From assembly GCA_023213395.1 (NCBI GenBank), contig CM041465.1, positions 132,005,741-132,069,740 of the forward strand: 64,000 nucleotides of DNA. Direction: 5' to 3'. Source of the DNA: Cycas panzhihuaensis. Its lineage: Eukaryota; Plantae; Cycadophyta. The position numbers were made by a program, and so were the translations under genes. Below are positions 14,231 to 28,310 of this stretch, one piece after another; the first letter of the stretch is position 1, and each line of letters begins with the position of its first letter. The notes beneath the pieces are model-generated. The model was given only the letters and a program-made list of their open reading frames with translations. It was not told where the DNA came from and searched no databases.

Positions 14231-17200
14231 TGATATGTTTAAGAAATTTTCCTTTCTTATTCTGTGCATAAATTTCCCTAGAAATAAGAGCCTTTAGGCC
14301 TCAGGTTTTCTCAAGAAGTTAGGACCTAAATTAGGCCAGAGGAAATGGTAAGAAGGAATGTCTTCTCTCTTCATTGATTCCTTTGAAAATGATGTACATA
14401 TTTATACAAAGTCAAGTTGGTTTGTATGTAGGACACGCTGGTGTTCCATGTAAGACATGTGTCACCTGTGTACCTAATTGATAATTAGGTACCCTAAGTA
14501 CCTTTTACAATGTTACTTAGAGAATAAGACTAGGATTATACATAAATACTCATCATTTCCTCCCTGCTTAAAAAGAAATTGGTCCCAATTTCTGTAGAAG
14601 ATGGCAAAAATGGTCCTTGAGTGCTAATTCAGAGATCCATTTGGCTTTGTTGGGCAGAGTCCCTTTTTGACCAATGAGATATGCGGTGGTAGTTCATTGT
14701 CACATTCATCGATGCCAAGTGTTGAGAATGGTGTCTTCGGAAAGAAGAGGCTGAAAATCTAGAATTGTATCAATAGGATGAGCAGGAGGAGGTTTAGCTT
14801 CCAAATGCAGTGGCTCATGTAACTTGAGTTGACTAATATTAACAACATCATGAATACCGAAATAAGCAGGTAGATCAAGGCGAAAAGCATTTGGTCCTAT
14901 AGATTGAAGTATAGTATATGGGCCAAACCAAATAGGTTTAAGGTTATGGTGATGCTTAAACCGTTTGCGATCAAGGTGAAGCCAAACTTTGTCGTTGACT
15001 TTAAAGGAACCTGCAAAACGATGTTGATCCTGAGTAGTTTCATACTTGACTTGTGTCTGATGGAGTATCTGTTTGATCGTCGAATGTAGTTTAGTCATGT
15101 GATCAATAAATGAAACAATTTTTTGTTGTTCCTTCTATTCATACCTTGTGATAGAAGAAGGTACAGCGAGTGAGAGTTCATAAGGGGCAAGTGGTTAATA
15201 CCCATAGCAAACTTCAAAGGTAGATCGTTCAAGAGAAACCTGAGTTGTGCGATTATAACTGTGCTGGATATGATGAAGATGTGCGTCCCACTGTTTAGTG
15301 CTATGTTGGTAAATGCAAAGTGCATATACTGGAGTGCAATTAACCACTTCTGTTTGTCCATCAGTTTGAGGATGAAAAGATGTTGAAAATTTGAATTGGC
15401 AACCAAGCATCTTCCATAGGGATTGTCAAAAATGACTGAGAAAACAATTATCCCTATCAGAAACTATAGAAACTGGAACTTCGTAATGAGTTCAGATATG
15501 TTAAAAATACATTTTTGCAGTATGAGAAGTAGAAATGTTTTTTGTGCAAGGAATAAAAATTACCATTTTGGAAAATCGACAAACAATGACAAATATACGG
15601 ACGTGGCCACGCTGAGTGGTAGGAAGTCCACTGACAAAGTCCATCAAAATAGATTCCCATGGTCAACTAGGAGTAGGAAGTGGTTGATAAAGTCCCAGTT
15701 TGCAATTAGATGATTTGGACTGACTGCAGAGAGAGCAACGCCGTATATAATCCTCAACTGTCTTTTGCATAGAAGGCCAGTAGAAATATCATTGATGATG
15801 CTGAAGAGTTTTATATATTCCAAAGTGTCCACCACAAGTTGAAGAATGAGCTTCTTTAAGTATCTGTTATCGTGAAGTGCCCACAGGAACACATAGACAA
15901 TTCACTTTGTAGAGGAGTCCATTTTTGAGATGACAATCTAAAAAAGGTTGGAGATTAGTTTATGTGGGTTGAGACAAAGCAGTAAGGATAGGACCAAATT
16001 GAGGATCAAAAGGAAGCAAGTGTTGCCATTTTGAATATGGACTGAGTGTAGTATTGGGGAGGGTGGCTAACGCTAGGGTGGGAGGTCGACTGGGGAAATC
16101 AACTACTTTGTTAGAAACACCTTTTTTGTATTTAATGACTAGTTGAAATTGTTGAATATACGAAACTCACTTAAGATGTCTGTGTTCCTGGATTTTGGAT
16201 TGGGAATTAAGAAACTGTAGTGGTTGGTGGTTAGTATGAACAATGGTTTTGTTACCAAGGAGAAAGTGTCTCCAATGGTAGAGGGCTTGGACAAGGGCAT
16301 AGAAGTTTTTGTCATAAGTACTGTAATTGAGTTTGGCTTGGGAGAAGGTTTTAAAATGGTAAGCAATATGATGTTCTCCCTGCTTAAGAACGACACCAAG
16401 GGCAAATTGGGAAGCATCGGTTTCTAGTTCAAAGGGTTGAGTGAGATTAGGAAGATGAAGAACAAGTGCAATACAGAGGGCAACTTTGAGTTTTTGGAAA
16501 GATGATTCGGTAAAAGAGTTCCAGACCAAACTTATGGAATTTTTGGTAAGAATGTTGAGTGGATGTGCAATGCTAGAAAAGTGAGAAATGAATTTTCTAT
16601 AAAAGTTGAAAGAACCAAGAAAACTTTTGAGCTCAGTTAGAGTAGAAGGGGTTGGCCATTGTTGAATTATTCAGACCTTTTTTGGATTGACATGAACATC
16701 GTCCTTGTCAATGATGAATCCAAGAGAAGAGAGAGATTTTTGTGTGAAGAAGCATTTCTTGAATTTGGCTTTGAGTTGATGTTGTCGCAACAAAGCAAGA
16801 CCGTATCAACATGATGTAGATGTGCTTCCAAATTGTTGCTGAAGATCAAGATATCATCAAGATAGGCAATGACAAATTTGCCCAAATGAGGGTGAAAAAT
16901 ATCGTTAATAAGCTGCATAAAAGTAGCAAGAGCATTAGTCAAATCGAAAGGCATGACTAACCACTCATAAAGGCCATTTTGAGTCTTGAAGGTTGTTTTC
17001 CATGTGTCTTGAGCTTCGACCTGAACTTGATGGTATTCAGAGGCCAAGTCAATTTTAATAAAATATTTGGCTCCCTTGGATGATCCAATAAATCATCAAT
17101 GCGTGGAAGTGGGTATCGATTCTTAACAATGATTTTGTTAAGAGCTTGATAGTCAATACACAAACGCCATTCTTTATCTTTTTCTGGAATGAGGATTGCA

Positions 17201-18993
17201 GGTGAACCACAAGGAGAACAACTGGGTTGAATTTTACATTCATCAATCAATTGAGCTAATTGGTGTCTAATTCAATATGAGTGAGAGGAGTAGTGCGATA
17301 TGGAGCTTGATTGGGAAGTGGAGAACTTGGAATAAGATCAATAGAATGTTGCACAACACATATGGGAGGAAGTCCCTTCGATTCTGCAAAGACATAGGAG
17401 TACGCATCTAAAAGAGCTTTAATTGCTTTTGGAGGCATTTTAGTACAATTTTCCTTTTTTGCTTGTCGAATTACACAAAGTACCATCTACTTAGAGGTGT
17501 TGGCAAGTCTGATTGCAGGATTGCCTGTGATGACAGCCAAAGATGGAGAAGCACTATTTGCAGAAGTTAGTTTATATGCCTTCCCATTTTTATGCAGCGT
17601 ATAAGTATTATGATATCCATCATACAATGCCCGTCGATCATGTTGATAAGGGCGTCCTAAGAGAATGTTGCTGCAATCCATAGGAGTCACATCACAATCC
17701 ACTGTATCCAAGAATGGTGGAATGGCAACAGTAACAGTGCAAATTTTGTCGACCACTATTGTATGACCATTGGCCGTTACCCACCCAAGAGTATAAGGCT
17801 TAGGGTGTGGCTTTGTCGCCAATTGTAAAGAATCCACTAATGTTTGTGAGATCAAGTTCTTCATACTTCCATTATCAATGATACTGTAGGAGAATAGGCA
17901 TATGACAGTGTCATTAACAGGATCACAATAAAATAGTAACAAGAACACAGTTAAGAAATTACACATATAAATAATATAAACGACACTACACATACACACA
18001 GGTTGACAGGTGGAAAAACGCTTTCTGGGGAATAAAAAACCACCTCCTAAGCTATATAATTTTATTAATTAAAATATAGAATTTAAAAATATGCATAGAA
18101 AATACCTCTAAGAAATAGACCGACCTTGTGCATCATTAGACAGCCCTCCTAGATTCTGGTGACTGTTCCAGGAATTTAGGAGGTTAAGTACCAAGGAGGT
18201 TCGTTGAAATGCGGTTTCGCATATTCAACGACCTTCCACAAGTTTAATTAAATACATCTAAGATAAAAACATTATAATAACTTAATTTTTAATTTAGACA
18301 TGTGACATAAAATTACATAAGTTTATATTATACAATCTAATAGATACAAAGAGCCAAGCGGTCCTTAATTTGACAATTCTGGGTGAAAAGTCCTTCTCTC
18401 TGAGAAGCAGAATACTTAGTGGTCATCAACACAAGATGTGGGTCTGGAGCCTACAAATTAGGGACCTCTATGATGTCGGCAGTTTTGTCGGTGCCTGATG
18501 TTCGGCGATCAATGTGCGAGATTTATGTTGTGTTCGACATTTAACATTTGTATGGCCTTGGCATTTGTGAAAAGAACAATATTACGTACGGTGGTCGTAT
18601 GATTGTCTATATGCTTTTGCGGCTTCTAAAAAAAATTTCTTAGTCTTCCTCTGTTCATAAATTTCCCTGGAAATAAGAGTCTTTAGGCCTTAGGTTTTCT
18701 CAAGAAGTTAGGACTTGAATTAGGCCAAAGGAAATGGTAAGAAGGAATGTCTTCTCTCTTCATTGATTTCTTTGAAAATGATGTACATATTTATACAAAC
18801 TCAAGTTGGTTTGTATGTAGGACACGTTGGTGTTCCATGCAAGACATGTGTCACCTATGTACCTAATTGATAATTAGGTACCCTAAGTGCCTTTCACAAT
18901 GTTATGTGTGCCTAATTGATAATTAGGTACCGTAAGTACCTTTTACAATGTTACTTAGAGAATAAGACTAGGATTATTCATAAATACTCATCA
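14231..18993 (-). mobile_element. Rearranged Ty3/gypsy element nested in the copia leader
   Basis: Related LTRs 14231-14555 and about 18618-18993; reverse PPT 14556; protease (IIDNGS), RT (YLDD), RNaseH (ETDAS), INT (HPQTDGQTE), GPY motif; gag N-terminus and PBS missing; no TSD. Confidence 0.85.
17885..18431. mobile_element. Probable solo LTR splitting the gypsy gag/protease
   Basis: TG..CA bounded non-coding segment that interrupts coding sequence; no TSD found. Confidence 0.5.
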
Positions 18994-21900
18994 CACACAC
19001 TTACACAAAGTTGCCCACCATCATTACATAGCCATACTCATCAACAAATTGAAGGTACAACAATCAATAGTGCCCAATACTCTTATTCAAGATAGAAAAC
19101 CATCTTTACAGGCTCCAATTTCATCCTCAGGTAAGATATGTGACTTTGTTGACGTAAAATGGTTATTTTTATATCAATTTTAGTGGTGCTTTGCTAAGAT
19201 CAGGGCCAACTTACTTGTATGATGCTCAGGCTGTCCTCACCATTGCTGAGTCTCCATTAGGCATGCTGCGCTGGCCTCAATCAATGCCACAGTTCACCAT
19301 CCAGCTTTGGATGACCCCCAACAAGCCAACTCACTCACCAAAAATGGCTTGCGCATTTGAATTTTAACCCCAACAGTGCCTTATACTTGTTGATAGGTGA
19401 ATTTCACCTCCTCAACAACCATTGATCACTATGCTTGCTCTTGCAAGTTGTTGGAGAAGATAAGTCCTCAAGAAACTCTTGGGTTTTGATGGCATCACCT
19501 AGCAACCAATGATCTCATTGCTCTCCCCAACTTTAGCCTCAATTGTGTAGGACCCTATGGTTCTAATACCATGTTAAGAAACATGAATGAACACATACAT
19601 GTTTACATCTACAGAATCTTTTACCATACACAACAAGCAAACAAGATAAACACAGAAAACAGTTACACAGTACATAGGATTTATGTGGGAAACCCTTTTG
19701 GCAAAAAACCCACCACAAAGATCTATTGATCACATTGGTTACTACTTGATTGATTTGAATATACAAGGGCTCTAGGATATTTATAATCCTTCCAAGAGGT
19801 TTCAACCGACAAGGGTTGCGACTCTTCACATAACTTGCACCATTTCGTTAATCACATTAGTTAAACTGCCACATTAACATTAACAAGTGGCTTAACAAAC
19901 AACTGCCACACTAGCAATTGGAACCGTTGCTTCATTAGTTCATCTTGATATCCAAGGGGGTAGAATCGTTCTTGAATGACATGTTTAAAAACATTCCAGA
20001 GAACAATAGGTGATTGGTTACCTTCTGCCAGATGTCTAGTATATGTCTACCACCAAGAGCTTAGTCTACCATGTGCACTTTTGCGACAATGCTTTTTTGA
20101 GTGTTTGTCAATTGTTGACATTTAAAATAGGCTTCTAGGTTGTGTATCCATTCATCAAGTGCTTCTAGATTAAGTGATGCCTGGAATTTCAAGATTGTGA
20201 TTTTGGTATCTAGGTGAAAATGTCCCTGTTGTAGTGGAATAGTTGTTGGAATGACGTTGGGTTGTTGCTGAACATACATACATTTATTGAAACATATGCT
20301 CATCACTGTGGCCACTAAATTCACTTGGAATGTTTGTTCCTCTATCTTGTTCTTCTTTCCTATGCTCTTTATCTTGCCTTTAGGGTTCTGCTATAAGTAT
20401 TCGCATGGAAGGGTCTATTTGAGAGTTGGAGTGGTTTGTGAGGATTAGGCGATGGGTCCCTTCATATGTCTATGCTACTTTTGAATTTTAAAAACCTATA
20501 AATAGTGTGTGAATTTATAGATGCTTTAATTAATTAGGGTTTGTACCATTTTACAAGTGCCCCACATAGGTCATGGTTGGGTTAGCCCTTAAAATTGTTA
20601 GCTAAGCAATAAAAATTCCCATCAAGAATTATTATAAATTCTCATTTCCCTTATAGAAGGTTAATGGAGGGATAACATAATCATTTAGATGGGTGTATAC
20701 AAGTTTTAAGTGTTTGGTCTGGTGCCTAGGTCTTTTTCTCCTCCCAAAACACACACACAAAAAACATTCTTGTCCAGAGTTGATTTTCAAGTTGCATATG
20801 CACTTGATTTCACATTTTCTTCTGGCATTTTCATTGGGTATCGACAATTTCTTCTTCATGGCATATTTACTTGCCATAGTATGTGTGGGGGTTCTTCTTG
20901 TTAGGCGATGACAATATTGCTTCTTCTTGTTTGCTAGATTCTGGCCTCTCTATATGACAACTTTGATCTTTCTATGTGGGTTGTTTCGATAGACCACCAT
21001 AGGCGGAATAGAACCTCGTGATTGGTTTCTGGTTTGAGTCTCATAATGCCTCCAAGAAAAACCTCTATTCAAGCTTTCTCCTTAGCAACTACGTTTGCTT
21101 TGGCATCTAGGGCATCATCATTTGGTCTATATTTTTTTTCGTTCTCTTTTAAGATGGCAGTGTGGGTTTCCATGGGCTTCCATGGGCCCCTTTTTATGTG
21201 GCATCTATCCATGGGTTTCCACTTCCGCATGCTTTGTCTTCATGCTTTGCCCCTTTTTAAAATTTAAAATGGGAAATTTGTATTGTCTTTTAAATGGTCA
21301 ATCATACCCACGTTTGAGCAAAGAGTTAGGGCATTAGATATGTTTTCTTATTTGGTAGAAATTCTGAAATTTTCCTTCAAACGTTTTCCAGTTAAGGATG
21401 ATGGACTCCCAATTCTATGATTACTTGTCCTGATCATAAGCTCTAATACCAATTGTTGTATCATTCTTGGTGAGCAATTAGTCACAAAAGGAAGAGAGAG
21501 TGCTCGGGATCTCTTCTTACTTTCTCATTTATTATGAATTGCAAGTACACTTTTTATAATAGGAAAAGGAAACTTTAGGTGGTGATTGCCCCAATCAACT
21601 GTTCACTAATTAGTTTATAATTAATTGAGTTATTCCCTAACTAACTCAACTACAACTTAACCATAGTTTGTTTATTACAATAAGTTTATTTTAACCTTTA
21701 CTACCGTCATTAGTTACATAAATACAACGGTGATTTCTCATCAAAAGTCTAAATGAATTCCCCTTTGCTTTCTTTGATGATAGAATGAATGTGACAATAC
21801 TTCCATTCTAAAAGTTTGTAAGGTTGGATTTGCAACCTTAATATGACATGGTTACTTTCCTAATTAATTTGAGAAGATAATACTAGCACTGTCCACAACT

Positions 21901-22942
21901 TCCAAGTTGTGTGTACTCTCCATGCACATTTTCTTTATTTACCTTTTATGTGTATGCATTTGTACCCTCCTACAACTTGTAGGATTTACACATGGCTTGC
22001 ACACATCTGTATCTCCCTTACGTGCATTTTGTACCCTCCATGTACTTCTGAAAGTTTTGTCAATAGGTATGGAGTTATGATTTGCACTCTACACCTATGT
22101 ACTTTCCTTGCAATGTTTTACGTGTATATATATATTTTTCAGAATTTGGCTATTTGCCTAACTGATATGCAATTAACAACTTAGGTTTTTTGCATATATT
22201 TAGTAGGAGTTTGTTGAGTAGTGTTATTGTTTTACCATCATCTTTTGATGTTATGTATTGGCTGTTATTTTTTTCTTCTCCTAGCCAAAGTGGGTAATTG
22301 CTCTCAATGCTTCTTATTCCTTGCTAGTTCTCAGTCCATTCTTTAAAGTCTTGTGATAGCATTATTTGCCCCTTATTTTGGAAATTCATAATGTCCTCAT
22401 TAAGGTTGTGCATAGGTCTCCTTTAATGAGAACAACTCCATTTTATACATTTGCCTTTTGTGATGCAAAACAAACCTACTAAAAGTGTTGATTTTGTCCT
22501 CTTAGTCTTATTCAAATGCACTTAAATGTGTCTTATATTTCTAGTTTTGCCAACTTCCTAAGATGTTTGTGAATGTATATGGCTTGTCCTCTTTGCCTCT
22601 TCTAGTTCTCTACTATTTTATTCCACACTAATTTTCATATAGAATTGTCTTAGTCTAGGACATTGCACACATCATGCTCATGCATCTTTGTTTGTTAATC
22701 TAATGAGGTTCTTTTATCAATTAGGAATGTTTTTCATGGCCATTTCCAATCCTTCAAGATTAGTTTCTGTTTGCACCAAGCCTCTTTAGAGAAAGATTAC
22801 AAATCGAGGTTCATTTTGATTGGTTAAGCAAGTTCACTTTGCATGCTAATCACACTTGAATAAGGTATCTCATATATTTAACAACATTCGTTAACATTTG
22901 ATGTTTGTCTACTTGTGCTAGGATTTTTTGCTATATTCGAGA

Positions 22943-23114
22943 ATGAAGAAAGCCCCTCTACTGCCATCAAAAATTGACCCTTCATCCAATAATACAAGCA
23001 AGCAGTTTGGTAATGGTGCCCAGAAAGAGCATCTATTGAAGCTTTTGCAACAATATTTTGGTCATTCTAACTTTAGAGGACGACAGTTAGAGGCTATTGA
23101 GACTGTCTTATCAG
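22943..23114 (+). CDS. RECQL3: RecQ3-type ATP-dependent DNA helicase, coding exon 1
   Basis: ATG 22943, MKKAPLLPSK...LLKLLQQYFGHSNFRGRQLEAIETVLSG matches plant RecQ3 N-terminus/motif 0 (recalled Arabidopsis RecQ3 starts MKKSPLP...FRGKQLEAIQAVVSG); donor G|GTTTGT at 23115 (phase 1); AG acceptor at 22920-22921 upstream of the ATG. Confidence 0.92.
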
Positions 23115-24247
23115 GTTTGTTGTCTTTACTTTTGCACTATTAATCCATTCTAAGCAAGTTTAATTGTTTTGTGTACAAACATGTTAAACTTAGAATGACC
23201 CGTGTCCATTATACCTATCTATGGCTTTGTGGTTATACTCATTAATAATTTTCCACATTTGGAAATTTTATAAGTAGCATAGTTTTGTTAGTGTAGGCTC
23301 TTAAAGGAAGTAGGAAATGCAAACAAAAGGGAAGGAAAACTGTGATTGTAGAATTTACAATATTGAGCATACAGACCCAGCATTTTCGTTTTGAGAAGTA
23401 GAATTCAATTGGAAGATATGCAAAGAAACTAAGCAATTTAGAGTTGACTTTATAAATTGTGGTGATGAGCTGAATGAGGTTGCTATGGGATATAACGTTC
23501 TTAGGTATTGCACTGTGAAATATAAAATAAGCTAAAACAAGCATGATTAGGAACTTGAGTTTCATGTGTTTGTATAGTATTTCTTAGATTACCATATTCA
23601 GGTCAACAATCCTGCTAAAAGTGGAAATGCAAAATTGCATGTTTAGATGCAGACAATTGAATAAAGTTTTAGAGACAAGCATGAGTATGTATTCATATTT
23701 GATGTATCTTTTGATTTCTTTGAAAACAAAGGATTATACATTTATTTTGTTTTGAGCGGGGCATTTTATGCAATCTTTTTTCATGGAATATTACTAGATT
23801 GTGGGGGACCTCATCCAAGGCTTGTTTGTCCTCGAAAAGGTGTTTGTCTTCTACTTAGAACATTTGTTATAGTTTGCAAGGACTGTGATGTTTTGGATAG
23901 CCAAATTTGGGTAAGCTTATTTTCACAAATGCATATATTTGTTAGTAGGTATGAGCAAGCACACTTTTCCATATGTTGGAGGCATACTTACTGAAAATGG
24001 AATGTGCACATAAATGTTTTGGGGGTGGATGTTTTCAAAATACATCATGTGGTCATGTTATTGTGTCTTGGCAAATCACATGGTCAAACATTGTCTATTT
24101 CAACTTCTAAAACTTGTTCCAAGGGCATTCACTAAGCCATTTCTTCCTCAAAAATTCCTACACTTAGATGTTTTGCTCCTACTCATTTTGTCATTTGCTT
24201 AGGACATGCGGGTCATGTTTGATGAGGAGGAAAGGTTAGAATTGATC

Positions 24248-26200
24248 GTTTTTTTGTTGAATCTACATGCTCATTTTAATTGGAAATATTGCATACAACT
24301 ACAACAAAAAGGGCCTCTGAGGATGCCACCAACCCCTTGGGTGAAAAACCTCCTTAGATGGAAAATAGAGAGATAATGTGGCAAAAACTTACATTAGCTT
24401 GTCATAAAACATAATGCATAACTATAGCCACTCTAAAAAACTGAAGGCAAAGAGAAACGAGCAGGGAGTAAAAGGCCAAAGGCAAATTGAAACAAGCAGG
24501 GAGCAACATCATGGGACTAGAATACTCCATTCACCAGCACCTCCATCATCATCTTTCCAAAGTGACCAACCTTGACGAGGTTTAGTATCCATAGGTCGTG
24601 GGTCATTATTTTCATTTTGCTTCCACGGAGGGCTCGTGTGACTACTATTGGACCCACCCTTTTGTTATGTGAGGAGGGCTACATCTGGACCTAGATTGGC
24701 ACCTGCTGTATTTGTCTCTATTGCAATTGTTGTTTGTTGCATCGATTGCTTTTGGGGGAATTTGGCTCATAGACCAAGGAGTAGACCCCTAATGGTCTAT
24801 ATGTATGCTAAGATGCATAACTTCTGGCTGCATCTTCCCTACTCGAGCACTGATCTACAAAGCATGGTTTGAAACAACAATTTGGTGAGTAACCTTGCTA
24901 TAAGGGGTAGCGCCTGGAAGTGGTGTCATTTTTGTGCTTCCAAATAGCATATAACATCTCAATCCCCATTGTATTACAAACAATGGATGAAGGTTTCTGA
25001 TCAGGGCTTTTTGTCCCTTGAGCAGAATTTCATCCCAGATGACCATGAAGGATAGGTTCAGCAAATGCTTTGATACATAAATAGACCCCCCGTAGCTAAG
25101 GAGCATCATCAAAAAAGGTGCATGATGAATTAATTGGCTTCATAAATGGGACAATCGTACTTTGGCCTTACCCAATTTGACTAGCTTATCTTGTTTTGCT
25201 AGTCCTTGGTGCATAATAGACCATGCAGAGAAGCCGTTTTGGGGCTCAATGTGGGCATTATGCACTTGCTCAAAACTTTTATTGCAAACAACTTACACAT
25301 TGTTGCATCCCCATATTTGATTCAGTTTGCTAGACAGATCTTGCGAGCTAACACATGGTACATGTGAACTAGAGAATTTTGAAAAGCTCTAGGTACAATT
25401 CTATGCAAGTCTTTCCATCATCTATAATTGGACATAGCTACTAAAAGAGGTAGAAGGCTAGCTGGAAAAAGGATCCAGATTACCTCTGGTATGTGCTTCA
25501 AGATCATTTGAGCTTATAGACATTTTTTGATTGCCTTCAACCAATTCTCCTTAACTAGATCAAAGAGCTGTTGGATTTGATGAAGCCCATCCTTGGCTAT
25601 CCTTCTGGCCTCAATTTGACCTCAGCACATATCATCCCTAGTTAACAGGGGAAACCATCATATTGAATGGGTGCCAATTGAGAGATCTTTCTTGGGCTCA
25701 TCCACTTTTGAGTTAAGGAAAGGCTTGCATGCTTTCCATGCATTTCAAAGTATAGTAATTAATAATAAAAATACACTAGTAATAATAAATGTACAACAGT
25801 ATTTAGGGGCTGACTTTTATGAGGGTTGTGCTGGGTTCCAATTCGATCACCTACTTCATATCTCTGTCAGGTGGTAATACATGTGGAAGATTCTCCAACA
25901 CTCAAGGGTATTTGCTTATTACTGCTCTCATTTCTGGGTGTATGTATGCATCTTTTAGTACAGTCATTGAATAACATCTGATGGCCACACTGTGCGTGTG
26001 TTTCTTCAACATTTTGGCATCCTATGTGAGGATACCACTTGGTTGGGAGGCATTGCTGGTGATTATAGCTTAAACTTCTATCTATTTTGATGGAATATCA
26101 TGAACAACCTATTATAATTCATAAGGGATATGCCTAGAGTCTTTAGCCACTAGACTGGTAGAACTATGTCCACACCATTTACAGGCATGGTGAACATTAG
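24248..26200 (-). mobile_element. Decayed LINE 3' fragment (ORF2 C-terminus, zf-RVT-like)
   Basis: Minus translation near 25100-25300 gives AWSIMHQGLAKQDKLVKLG...CP...HLF..C; poly-T at about 24248-24256 could be the polyA tail; ends approximate. Confidence 0.5.
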
Positions 26201-26379
26201 GGATTCCAAGGTGTAATCTCCCATGGTTAGTCTATCCTTTGGGAAAATCCTCCGGCATGGCATAGTCTTCCCGCCCTGAAATGGCTAGTTGGAACCATTT
26301 ATATGGGGCAATATGTAGACCTACCTGCTTTGTTGTTTGTCTGTTGATGTTGTTGTGCATGCTTCCCTCGTCTGCCAAT

Positions 26380-28310
26380 ACTGTGACACTGGTCTTCTAA
26401 ATAAATTTCCCAAGGCTGAGAGTTTTTGGGGATGTTACGATACTTGTTATGACTTGGAATAAAATTTGAACATTGGAGGTGTCCATTTCCTCTTCTATTG
26501 TTAACTCATCTGGCATTTCTTCTTCTTCTTCAATTGCCACTGCCTCTTCTCCCTTTACTGGCTCGATCCACTGATCATCATGAATAAATGTTTTTATCCA
26601 GACAACAATGGTCTTTATTCCACTTCCCCCTACACTTGAAACAGGTTCCCTCCTTTAAATACTTTGATTGCAGCAACTTGACAGTTTTATTTTTAGTGAT
26701 GGGTAGTCCTGTTGACACGGGTGCCCCTTGTGGTCTGACTAGAGATCCTCTTTCAGGTTCCCTTGTTACTTCTCTTCCTTGTGACTTCGACAGAGAAGCC
26801 CTTTCATGTTTTCTGCAAACAGTCTTTCTAGAGCTCGATGTTTGGCCATTGTGTTCTTGGCATAAAGTATGACCCGATGAAGATTATTTGGCTCCATAGC
26901 ATTGAGTGCAAACTTGATATTGTCTCTGAGACCTCCTATTTAGGCCTCTGGTAGAAATTGGTCACCCCACTTTGTTGGTAGCATGTTTTGGAAAGTTTGG
27001 AACTCTTCTGTGTATTGCTCTACTGAACCAACCTGTTGTAACTAGGTTGAGTGTAATAAAATAGTCTTGCTTCCATGCTTCTTCATATCGCACACACATT
27101 GATTTCTCAAAGAAGGCCCAATTAAATTGCAGTGTGCATCCATAATCCCTTCTCCACCATTCAAGGCAATTGAGAACCTTGTTGCTCAGGTGGAGAGAGG
27201 CAAGGAAGATCTTGTCATGTTCTGAGCAAGGACGGATGTGAACATATGATTCCATCTTGGTAAGCCATTATCTGACATCTCAACTTTTGTCTGGGTTGAA
27301 GAACTCTAAGTGGACCTTCATGTTCCCTAGTCCTTTGTTTCCTTGTTGAGGAGTTTCCTTCTGCACTTGCTCGATCCTATCCCCTCTCGATGGACCCTGT
27401 AACTTTCCTTGTTGCTTTATCTGCCTTGGTTCTCCGAAGTGCTTCTATTTACTGTTGTCTGTTAGAGAATGTATTGATGCCATCATAGCATCCATCTTTT
27501 TGGTGAATTCTTTGAACTTTTTATCACAATTGTCCAACTTTGCATATGGTTCTGCAATTGTGATGTTTTCTTAAGCTTTGCGGGCATCGAAATTTGCCCT
27601 CATTGTTTCTAAAGAATCTGAGGCTCAGTTTGGGGCCATCTTTCTTAGTCACACCCTATGAAAGTGTCAAACTGAGAAAAGAGGGAGAAAAAAAAGGATG
27701 GGCCTTAAATTCTGATTTCTGACTGCAGAACTGAGGTAACTTTTGCTGAAATCTGTTGGTTGCTACTAAATCAACTTCCGGACTGCTGGAATCAAATTAC
27801 AAAAATCTGACTTTTGCCTAATAAGTGTAGAACTGTATCTTCTGATGGCAGAATTCTGATTTTCTGGTTGCAGAAATCAAGTTTGCTTGCTGAAAACTGA
27901 ATTTCCAGCCTTGATCTTTCACTCTGATACCACTTAAGGCGATCCCAGCGGCATTACACATTGAGGTTTAATATTTTCAACTAATATATAGTGAAAGTAC
28001 AGCAGTAGATAATAAAAATATTGCAGTAATAATGAAGATACAATACATAGCAAAGTACAGCAGTGATAAATGAAATGTAGCAGGAATAACTGACAGTACA
28101 ACATTAACAATTGATAGTGAAGCAGTAATAAATGCTAGTATAGCAGTGATAAATAACAGAAAAACTGTATCAAATGATGGCACAGTAGCATTAAATGACA
28201 TAATTCTAAAGGTACAGCAGTTAATGGATAATTTGGGAGAGTTACCACAAGTCCAGGCATAATATGTAACAAATAATTTTTACTTAGAAATAATTATTGA
28301 TTAATATCCA
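26380..28310 (-). mobile_element. Truncated gypsy gag/protease fragment with PBS and 5' LTR remnant
   Basis: gag ORF 26962-27255, zinc-knuckle remnant near 26640; reverse PBS ctctgatacca 27922-27932; LTR right end uncertain. Confidence 0.65.

Larger units (their letters stand above)
9094..19916 (-). mobile_element. Degenerate Ty1/copia element nested in the gag of the 7553-21743 element
   Basis: LTRs 9094-9438 / 19572-19916; TSD gttgg/attgg; reverse PBS 19559-19571; reverse PPT 9439; gag (ATG 13463), INT (PQQNGVAERK), RT (YVDD), RNaseH fragments at about 9550-13463. Confidence 0.92.
7553..21743 (-). mobile_element. Old Ty3/gypsy-derived element (gag-protease remnant, no RT/INT seen) hosting nested insertions
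   Basis: Diverged LTR pair 7553-7857 / 21454-21743; reverse PBS gctctaatacca 21440-21451; reverse PPT at 7858; TSD aaagg/aaagt; gag remnant 20061-20324 continues at 9093 (QRFQ|LRQ). Confidence 0.75.
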
